DNA from: Glycera tridactyla | Taxonomy: Eukaryota | Assembly (NCBI GenBank): GCA_965644265.1 | Contig: OZ286472.1 | Span: forward strand, 74,214,001 to 74,278,000 | Direction of reading: 5' to 3' | DNA length: 64,000 nucleotides | Shown here: positions 52,452-62,269 of the stretch, one piece after another | How positions within the stretch are numbered: position 1 is the stretch's first letter | Layout: each line of letters begins with the position of its first letter | Position numbers and translations under genes: made by a program | Notes under the pieces: model-generated | Database searches by the model: none | The model's input: only the letters and a program-made list of their open reading frames with translations | What the model was told of the DNA's origin: nothing

Positions 52452-52638
52452 CAGTACATGATGCCAATAGGGAGAAGGTGAATTTTCGAAAATGTAGGAA
52501 TATTTTCTGAAACTACCCGATCATATCATCAAAAGTATTCATTTTGAAACTCCCAAGCAGATTATAGCAATTTCGGAAATTATCATTTTTCACCCAATTT
52601 TCGGATTTTCGAAAATTTTCGGAAAATTGGCACCACTG
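52452..52638. mobile_element. hAT-like MITE (CAGTGATGCC family) with 6-bp TSD
   Basis: Body near-identical in layout to 51104-51288; flanked by ggagta on both sides. Confidence 0.8.
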
Positions 52639-53170
52639 GGAGTATACCAACTAGCATGCTTTTTTCCAGGGGGACTAGAAAGTTTGTCAACTGGAAGTAC
52701 TCAACAGTTCAAACAGACCTCTACGCCACTGATCCATCACGTGATCAAGGCTGCTTGTAGAGTGGTCGAAACGTCGTCAATCATCTCAACAAATCATTCC
52801 AAAGTAGGTTAATTTTCACTCATCAAAGACCCCCTACCTGTCTAATATGAAAATGATGAACCTAAACATGCCATATCAGAACTCTTCGCATTAGCCACTT
52901 CCTGACGAAAGAGTCTGGATGGACTCTGAAAGCTCCGACTTCAGTTAAATCACCGTGAAATTGCATCTCTACAAGATGCCATATCTGATTTATCAAGGCC
53001 TGGAAATGCTCTGAATGAAATGCCATATCTTTTTTTCTAGGAGCCAAGGCTGGCTAGGAACCCTATGTCATACTAAACCATCGCCAACCTACAAAGTGTG
53101 CAAGAAAGCAGCCACCACACTACACATACAACCCATAGTATTAAGAAACCAGACTTCATTGGCTTTCAAC

Positions 53171-53385
53171 CAGGGCTCTACACTGCTATCTATGGGAAGC
53201 TACCGGTTACAAAATTCACTCCCTGGCTTAACTATTTCAAGAGCTAGGAGCCAGTCAACCCTCAAATTGTGAGAGGATGTAATTGACAATTTATCAACTG
53301 GTTACCAACATTCAATACCGGCTACCAAAGATATCAACTTAGCGGCCAACCGGCTCCTAAATATTTTGGCCAATATAGAGCCCTG
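53171..53385. mobile_element. hAT-like MITE
   Basis: 10-bp TIRs CAGGGCTCTA / TAGAGCCCTG; no clear TSD. Confidence 0.65.
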
Positions 53386-53737
53386 TCAGCGGAAATTAAA
53401 GTTTTCAGAAAGTGGACAGACCACAGCAAAAGGAATACACCAACTCCCATTATTCAAGAAAGACCACATGAAACTACCAGATCAATTCTACCAAGTATAA
53501 AACTACTTGGAATTGACAAGATCTAGAAATGCAATGCCTTGGGGTAACCCTAAGCGTAGAGCCCTGTATTAATCATCGTCATTATTATCATTATCATTAT
53601 TATTACTATCAAAGATATGCTTATTTTACTTCATATACATTACATTCATGGATACATATTCCATACATGAGTTCCATTATATTCTCTCCCTAAATTGTGG
53701 TTTACTGGTCAGAGATTAAGAAAGTTACTCAAGTGTA

Positions 53738-54105
53738 CAGTCAAACCTGTCTACAAAGGCCACTTTGAAGTGACCAAAAGTGACCTTTATAGCGAGGTTG
53801 TCTCTCGAGCAGGTTTGACTGTGTTTGGAAGATACAATTGAGTTTAAAGGTGTATATCAATCCTATGATTATGTAAGCCGCATGTTGCTGGTCAATGAAA
53901 GCTAGAATTTCTCTCCCCAGCAGACATCACTCTCACAAACCCCGAACAAGATTATGGGAAACCTGAAAGGTTGTCAAGTGGAAGTAGCTGACAGTTCAGA
54001 CACACCTCTACCTACTCTGCATAAACATAAATAAACCTATGACGGCATATCTGACTATGTAACTGGCTGGAAGCTGACACTCAAGTCTGATAGCAATGCT
54101 TCTTT
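53738..54105. mobile_element. Short pogo-like MITE (53738-53821) followed by a family A copy (53845-54105, minus strand)
   Basis: CAGTCAAACCT...AGGTTTGACTG, then cagacatcactctcacaaacc...ctgacactcaagtctgatagc. Confidence 0.75.
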
Positions 54106-54918
54106 TTTTTCCCGGGAGGCGGATTCCGTGCAATTACAGCAGATACACACCAAAGAGAAAGCAGATTACAGCCCTCCACTCATAAAACAGTAGGATAGAA
54201 TTCATCCAGTTCTAGATAGATCATAACAACAGGGCCAGTTGCGGCAGAACGACACACGTACACAGACAGAGGGAAGCGAAGAAACGTGCAAGATCTACAG
54301 ATTAGCGTATAAGACGAATTAATTGTCTGAGGTGCAGCGAGAGTGCGCAGCAGACAGGATTGCATCCAGGACTCCACAACCGCGGGTGATACGCTTGCAA
54401 AGACTGAAAAACTGGGCGAGCACTTTCCCCAACGTGCCCACGCAGCTCCTTCGACAGGGGGCTAGTTGCCCGCTTTGATTGCATTCAGGATATCCCGAAA
54501 TGGGGGGCATTAGGGGGTCAACGCATTACAGTATCATGCAACCCTCTCACTGATTTTAGGGGCATCCTGACCCCTAATTGGTTCGAAAGGGGCCCACAAT
54601 AAAATGTGTGGAATGTCCCTATGCCCCTCTCTGGATACAAGCCTGAAATTGCACGATGGCTTCCATCGAAAGATTGATCAATAACATTGTCCAGTTTCAA
54701 CAACAATGTCCAATTGTAATCGAACTCTGCAACAAAGTTATCGACCAACTGGGCTTTCTCAATATATGAAACCACAAACTTAGACTGATGGTGACTGGGC
54801 CACCTTCAACGAGATTAAGTTTAAATGAGTAAGGATGCAGCCCTGAACGGGATTAATAATACGGGAGGAGACAAGGCAGGAGGAGAAGGCGCCACATATA
54901 CCAAGCTACATAATGTAC

Positions 54919-56133
54919 CTTCAGCGGCCACCGTCCCTACACAGAGACCAGAACTCAGCATCTGATCTTCAACCGACTGTTGTAAACTTTTGCCCGACGG
55001 CTCCAGATCAAGCTCCGCGGCGTAGTAGACATTCCCTCGATCGCCAGTCGTGTGGGCTGTACTTTCGACGAATAGCTCCTCCTGATTGATATCCTCAGAG
55101 GGCGAATGTTTGCTTCCGACAAATGTATATGCAGTCACTAAATTTGATTCGTGCGTCTCGACATAATTGCTCGGACGTTCGGCCAAGTTATCCAAATCGT
55201 CGGTGTGGTATGGGTTGCCAGCATCCCCGGTGTAATCAATTCTCTCCGGTACAATGACATCGACCGACCCAGTGAAATCACCGCTACTTCGTTTCTCTTC
55301 CTGACTAATGTGATCTTCCAATGAGTGGAAATATTCGGGAATCTCGCCGTCAGAATATTCAACACCACGAGGGTCGCCAGCACCCAACGTATAATACGTC
55401 TCGTCCGCAAAATATGGCGTGCCACTGACCAATTCTTCTGCATAATATGGATTTCCTCGATCTCCCGTATAGTTAGCAAATTCTGCAGAGATAGGACTTT
55501 CAACAGAACTGTTCAGCACAGCAGCATAATACGGATTTCCACGATCTCCGGTATAGTTAGCAATTTCCGCCTTGACAGGACTTTCAACAGAACTGTTCAG
55601 CTGAGCCGCGTAGTGTGGGTTTCCCCGGTCTCCCGTAACATTAGCAATTTCTGCAGAGATGGGACTTTCCACAGAACTGTTCAGCTGAGCTGCGTAGTGT
55701 GGGTTTCCCCGGTCTCCTGTAACATTAGCAATTTCTGCAGAGATGGGACTTTCAACAGAACTGTTCAGCTGAGCCGCGTAGTACGGGTTTCCCCGGTCTC
55801 CCGTAACGTTAGCAATTTCTGCAGAGATGGGACTTTCCACAGATCTGTTGAGCTCAGCTGTGTAGTACGGGTTTCCCTGATCTCCGGTTATACAAGCAGA
55901 CTCGGGAACGACATCAGCTTCCACTGTAGCAGGTATGACTGCGTCCCCACTTTGCGAGACGATCAGCGCTTCCAGAGACCTGAAGCATCCTTCAGACTCC
56001 GGAGCCTCACTTGCAAGCATTTCCTCCGCAAGATTGGCACCGCCGGTCACCAACGCCGCCGCCGACGTCACAATGTTGTCCTCCTCCTCGCTGTCCTCCG
56101 AGTGAGTGACAGATTCATCCACCTTCCGCTCAC
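54919..56133 (-). CDS. RANBP2: RanBP2-like gene, 1215-nt acidic repeat-containing exon
   Basis: Acceptor gactttctctcag (56134) and donor GAAG|gtacat (54919|54918); phase 1-1; open for 405 codons; joins VLES-G-ERKV upstream and AAE-E-EGEV downstream. Confidence 0.75.
55430..55890 (-). repeat. Coding tandem repeat, 84 nt / 28 aa, about 5.5 copies (TGDRGNPYYAAQLNSSVESPISAEIANV)
   Basis: ttccccggtctcc recurs at 84-nt spacing (e.g. 55621, 55705); two further degenerate motifs lie at ~55210 and ~55030. Confidence 0.95.
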
Positions 56134-56907
56134 CTGAGAGAAAGTCAAGCTCGTGCAAGAACTAGAATTTCATTGGGCCTTTTCCCCTTACAGAGGCCAT
56201 GATTCTATGTATCACATTGTTATTACACTTGAGAACAAAGTAGAGTCTAACCTGCCCTAAGCAGCCACTTTCAATTTTCCCATCAGAGTTTTTTCCACCA
56301 TAATTCACCAAATTGACTTTTTTTGTCATATCCATGGCTTGCTTTACTTCTGATAGGAGAGATGGAAATCCGTGGAACGATCCCATCCCTGAGCTACATG
56401 TAGGTCACTAACCCAACAGCAACACTTCATAGTGAAACACCTAAGCCAATTGTTGGCTGCTCTCCAAAGACACCCTGAATTACCCACTGAAGACTAGGAC
56501 AACAGGTGAGAGGATAATGGCAGTTTCGTATTACATGTCTGTGTACGCTGCACACATGTGATGGAAAATAACACTCCGCCTTGCAGTTTCACGTGCGCTG
56601 TCTGCCAAACAATCTTTGACACTGGTGCAAGGACTTGATTGGATATCGGTAACACTGCACTAAGGGCCTCAAAAAGACGGACAGTTGAAAACTAATCGGT
56701 TGCACGGAGCACACTGGATGGTCCATCACACAGATAGTGGTGTATTTGTGAGGGAATAGTGTGTGCCAGGTGAACAATACACGCCCAAAATTTGCACGCC
56801 AAGTATCTTAAAAACCCACCCAGATTGCACACAAAATTAAATGCACACCTTCCGAGTGAAGTTTGGTGTTGATCCAGAAAGGGACGAGATTTGTCACAGG
56901 GACTCAC

Positions 56908-56980
56908 CTGATTCTAGCACGGCAATCTCCACTTGGCACTCCTCAAATTTCGCTTTGAATTGTTGTGCTAGTTCTTTCGT
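56908..56980 (-). CDS. RANBP2: RanBP2-like gene, RanBD C-terminal exon (TKELAQQFKAKFEECQVEIAVLES)
   Basis: Acceptor ccatttacag (56981), donor CAG|gtgagt (56908|56907); 73 nt, phase 0 to 1; F...FEECQ end of a RanBD. Confidence 0.9.
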
Positions 56981-58357
56981 CTGTAAATGGAGAAACAGAT
57001 TTGTGTGAACATGAATAGAATAAACAGTGATGAAAGTGGCCCATGACCAAATTTCCTGAAAAGTGCGTAAACCCATTTTGCAGGATCCACGAACTTACAC
57101 TGGGCGCGTTTGTGACAGTGATGATTATCATGCAGATACTACTATCATTATCTCTCCTGGAATAATATACTTTGAACACGAACTGAAACTAAGGAAAAAA
57201 AGACACTAGAGGATACAGAAATGTATGTTTCAGGGTCCATATAAACTTATCACTTGATCTACCCTTCACTACATTTTCACCTTCCCTGTTTCATATGATT
57301 ATGGACTAAATCAATGTTACACCTTTGAAAAACTTTGGAAATCCTCCCTATTTTTGTTGCCACAACTTCAAATATCTGTTTGACCTCCAAGACAGAAGCT
57401 GTCCAGCAATGGTTAGTTGTGGGTGGTAATCAAACAGCATTGACCATCAAATTTAGGGGGCAAGATTAGTCCTCCTTGCCTCCCACCAACATAAACAGAC
57501 TGACTCTTAAAAAAATAATGAGCCACTTCTGATTTCCGGAGAACATCAATATCATTAGGTCATTTCCGGAATTCCGGATATATCCGGAATACTTTCATCA
57601 CTGAATAAATCACAATCGCTCAAGAAGAGAATAAATGGCCACTTTTTTCTATAGCCCTTGCGTCGGACATAGGAGCTGAACACTGTCAGAAACTTGAATG
57701 TCATCATGATCTAAAATCACAATGGAAGGACCAAAAGTATTGTTAATGTGAAGACATTCAACTTCCACAAGAATAAAGCACATTTTGGAATACAATGAAG
57801 AAACTGATGCATGGTATTCACAGGTGAGAAATGATAGCCTCCCATTGCTCGAAACTGACGAACATATTGGACGTTCAAAAAACGTTCTTATTCTTAGGGG
57901 CGGCCAGCTTTCAAATTCTTCTGCTCGCCGGGCGATCAGATTCAACAAACACCTTAAGGGCTGGTCTAAGACATGCATACCAGGTGTTTATATCGAAGGT
58001 TTGACAGTGGAATGAGATGACATAATTTTCAGAAATGATCCCCATGAATTCTCAACACACCTACTCAAACTTTTCAGCAAGATTTCAGACAATATCCCAT
58101 TCCGAATTCCCCCCCACCAAATTTCAGAGTTCCAAAAAATTTCGAACCATTGGAATCACTGTGAGTAGATAGTTTCAATATAATGAGGTTGAATTTTCGA
58201 AAGTGTGGATGAATTTACTGAAATGACTCCCACATATTCTCATAAGTATCTATTCTGAAACTTGCAGCCAGATTTCAGGCAATTTCTCTACTTAAATTTT
58301 TCACAAAATATTTGAAATTCCAAAAATTTTCGGAAAATTAAACAACGAGACAATTAC

Positions 58358-58533
58358 CTTGAACTTGACGGCAAACTGTTCGAGTTTGGCTTCGTTTTCG
58401 GTGAAGTCGAGAGCGTTCCAGCAGTAGGACACCTCCGAGCACATCAGCCGCTTGAGATGCATCTCCGTCGTCAGCTGGTGATTGCACGCAATCTTGTGGA
58501 TCTGTTCGCGCCGCATCAAGACACGGATTTTGC
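58358..58533 (-). CDS. RANBP2: RanBP2-like gene, RanBD middle exon (GKIRVLMRREQIHKIACNH...KLEQFAVKFK)
   Basis: Acceptor atttcag (58534), donor AAG|gtaatt (58358|58357); MRREQ..K..NH and EQ.AV.FK RanBD motifs. Confidence 0.95.
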
Positions 58534-59819
58534 CTGAAATTAACAATACAAAGATGGCAACCTCTGAAGGACAAGAATAGTAGCGTTGCCAATTTCAAGG
58601 AGTGGCAGGCCAGCCCTTGCCATTGGAATAATGTCAACAGGACAACTTGTATTTTTCAAGACAAATCGCCGTTTTTCAGGATATCTTCAGGACGCTGCGA
58701 ACCCTGCACAAATATTCAAAGATAATGTTGAAAATATCCTAAAACATGAAGACTGACTAAAAGGAGCTTCAATGATAACCGGAACATCTATAAAGTACAT
58801 TGCATTAAAATAAAACTCAGATGAGAAATGGCGAATTGATTGTGTGAAACATACCCACCACATTTGGATTTGGCAGAGTTTAGTCACTATGCCAAAATCA
58901 TGGAGGTAGGCTTCTCTCTTAGATAGTGGTGGGCCAATGATCGAATATACTCGATGATCGGTGGTTCACATCGCCAAACCATGCGCTTACTTACGAAATT
59001 CAACAATCGATTTAATCAAAATGATCATCGCACAAACTCAGGATTGAAAAGCACGTAATGTATCATGCATCCGTCAAAATCAAGGTGAAAAGCGGGCTTA
59101 TTATTTGGCGGCCAGAGAAACGAACATGCTGCCGCCATTTCGGTTGTTGACAGTCCGATAGTTTCAACATGCGCAATTAGTTCCCAGTCAAACCGCCAGG
59201 TGGGGGAGTTTGGCGCAATGACCATATCGACATCTAGCAGTTGGAATGTGAACCAGACTGATCGCAAGCCAATTGATGATTGCTTGCGAACATGCAACTG
59301 ATTCCCAACACCACTCTTAGAGCACAAGGGCGAGTACATGGTGACAAAGCGAGGGTATAACGGATGGATTAAAAAACTGTGAGACCTGAAAGACTTAGAG
59401 CTTTGTCACGGACATGCCTAAAAATACTCCCACCACCTCTTTGACATTAAGAATGTATGCAAATAATGCTGGACATAACAAATGCTACTAGCCCCCTCCC
59501 CCCCCATATTGAGATTGCCTCAAACTCGTAGCTACTTGCCTTGAAAGGAGTGCAACCCTCTTGCTGATTTAGGGGGCATCATGGCCCCTAGTTACTTCAC
59601 AAAAGGGGCTATGCTCGAGAAAATGTGTGAAATGCCCCGATGCCCCCCACACAACTCTGGAATGACTGGATCTATCGGCATGAAAATTGTGTCTTGCACA
59701 TCTACACTTCATGGTGATGATACGTTTCAAGTTTCAATCCAATAGCCTAACAAGTGGGAGTAGTTGTATGAAAATACCACCATCTCCACGTCACTCACCA
59801 CCATCTCCACGTCACTCAC

Positions 59820-60092
59820 CAGTCTGAGGATCCCGCAATAATTTCATTTCTCCGATGCCTCGCTCTTTCCACCGGTTGTCAGTGAAGCGGAAGAGTTTTG
59901 CGCGGTGACTGTAGACCACCTCTTCGTCCTCCTCTCCCGTCTTCACCTCGATCTCCGGTAGCTCGACGAGAGGCTCAAAATGGATGTCGTTGCTCGGGGC
60001 CACGTCACCATCTTCTCCGTCTTCAGTGGCCGACTTGTTAAACACTGAAGCACCGGCTCCGGCAAACGCGAACGGCTTGTCGCCATCGCCAC
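59820..60092 (-). CDS. RANBP2: RanBP2-like gene, RanBD N-terminal exon ([15 protein letters not shown]...[35 protein letters not shown]...[12 protein letters not shown])
   Basis: Acceptor tgctttag (60093), donor ACTG|gtgagt (59820|59819); FEP...[17 protein letters not shown] and WKERG signatures; the preceding F.FAGAG..VF segment is RanBP2-like rather than RanBP1-like. Confidence 0.95.
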
Positions 60093-60169
60093 CTAAAGCA
60101 AATCGGAAGAGGCGACATTTGAATTACACACAATAAACTTCAACACTTGCATCTATGGGTTGGGTGACT

Positions 60170-60300
60170 GATTGATTGATTGGTTTGTGAAGGTCCAATG
60201 GCATCTAACAAACCATAGGATCACGAATGTTACGTGTTCCTGATCAACAAAAGATGGATGCTATGCCCCTGCAGGCAGCACTCGCACGAACCCCAAACAA
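60170..60300 (-). mobile_element. Family A copy (diverged)
   Basis: gattgattgattggtttg...gtgttcctgatcaac...cccctgcaggcagcactc. Confidence 0.55.
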
Positions 60301-60572
60301 AAGATGACCAGAGCAACTAGATCATAGTTTATACCTAAGAAACATTTCCATAGAGAATTAATTGAATACAGATCAATTTTGTGATAAATAAAAATGCAGA
60401 GATCGTATCTGGAGTGGAAGGTTTATTCAATAAGATGGTTTAAAGTACTTCACGGGACGGACAGAGCTCTCTTACTGAGGTCAAAATCAACACTGGATGT
60501 CAGATTGCGACACGTGTGGTGCACGAGAGGGCGCAAAAGGGGGTCACATACCCTAATTTTACGACATTCGAT

Positions 60573-60848
60573 GGTTTGTTAAACGAGACTTACCTTAGTA
60601 AGGTGTAAGTTTGACGTACAACATTTGGGAAAACAGCTACGAGAGTTTATAGGAGAGAGGGCGCTACGATCGACACGTATATTCGTCACTTTTTACAGCT
60701 GTGAATTCTAACTATTTTACGAGTTTATAGGCATTATATATATATAATGGGTGGGCCCAGTGGTGGGCCTATAAACTCTCGTAGCTGTTTTCCCAAATGT
60801 TGTACGTCAAACTTACACCTTACTAAGGTAAGTCTTGTTTAACAAACC
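60573..60848. repeat. 81-bp inverted repeat (DIRS terminal ITR/ICR structure)
   Basis: 60573-60653 versus 60768-60848, 80 of 81 bases complementary, 114-bp spacer. Confidence 0.9.
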
Positions 60849-61147
60849 AACATTTGTGAAAACGCTACTCCGTTTCTAGGAGATTTCAAAGCATATTCAT
60901 AGTTAGAATGAGCTCACCTATTATATAGGTATCCAACTCTTTTGCATCGCAGATTTTTGTTCTAATCACCTCATGTGTTAGAACTTTTGGTATCCATATA
61001 TATATCAGTCCTGTTACTTCATGAGTATAAGGATAATTTCTATCATCAATTGTGAAACAACATGGATGAATTCCCTATACAATATAGGGATGCGACGATA
61101 GTTCATTGTGCCTTTGCACAACATATTTACATCAGAATAGTCCATAT

Positions 61148-62269
61148 CTATTTATGGCGAATTTCTGTGGGCCTCAACACCGCTGAGGCAAATTCATCGT
61201 GCTGATGAATTGGTTTGTGATAGTGTCTCGCAAATGTGGACTCATTTGACTATCATGCAGCCTTCATTATCGAAGATATTGGCAGGGACATGGCAGCTTT
61301 GCTTGTTGAAGCTGATCGCGTACTGTGTGCAGTATAGATCTCTACATCTATACCCGCCTCTTTCATCATGCTCTTTATCCATCTCTTTATGGTATCCCTG
61401 GTGGCAGGTCCATAAGGTTTGACAGTGATCAGAAAAAGTCTTTCGCTTGTAGTTCTGACATAATTACTGCGACGGATATATTCTCGTAGGCAGGTCAATA
61501 CACATAAGTTTTCCTCATGAAATTTAGGAAAGTGAACAGTCAAAGGTACTCCTTTCTTTTTACACTTGAGTCTGTCCATCACCACAAAACATGCACAATC
61601 TTCTGATAATTTCATGGTATTCAGATTAAGCAAATGTAGAGTTTGTGAGCGTTGCCCTGTTACTAGGGCAGCTAACATTGCAAGTTTATGTGTCAGCATT
61701 CTGAGAGGTAGCTCTGTATTGCATGGTAAATTCCGGATGTAGGCTAGGACTACATCTGGATCCCATACTTCTGTATGTACTTTAGAAGGTGCTTGTCCTT
61801 CTGCTATACCCTTCATTAGTCTATCCAGGAGGAAGGAATGAGGAGTAAAGTTCAAGTTAAAAGAAATAACGTTCATGACTGCGGCCTTGGCCGTATTGAT
61901 AGTGCTATATGATAGTCCCCTATCTTTGAGATGCATGATGAATTCAGCTAATTCTCTGTCCATAGGAAGACTGGGATTGTAATTCCGTCTCTCTGCAAAA
62001 CTTTGCCACTGGCGAATGTAGCATGAGTATTGGGTTCGAGTTCCAATACTCCATGATTTGATACAAGTCTCTGCAATTTCTTTTGGAATGCCGAGATTTT
62101 GCAATGCATCCCCGAGATCAGTCCTGCAATCAGTCTCATTTGAGGGTAGAGAGGGTGGATCCTCTCTGGGTCGAATGGTAGACGTAGTAGGGTATGTCGA
62201 TTCGGCAGAATCACTGGATATTCTATCAGTAAGTTCAGGAATTGCACGAACCAATGTTGGGTTGTCCAT
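61148..62269 (-). pseudogene. DIRS tyrosine recombinase with premature TGA-TAG
   Basis: LAALVTGQRSQTL and YTAHSTRSAS motifs; frame reads IMKAA**SNESTFARHYHKP, stops at 61255-61250, natural TAG at 61150-61148. Confidence 0.9.

Noticed and set aside
55265-55290. SGDFTG as a cyclophilin GGDFT motif
   Set aside because: Isolated short match inside the low-complexity exon with no flanking cyclophilin motifs
55325-56137. 270-aa + strand ORF
   Set aside because: Antisense shadow of the repeat-rich RanBP2 exon
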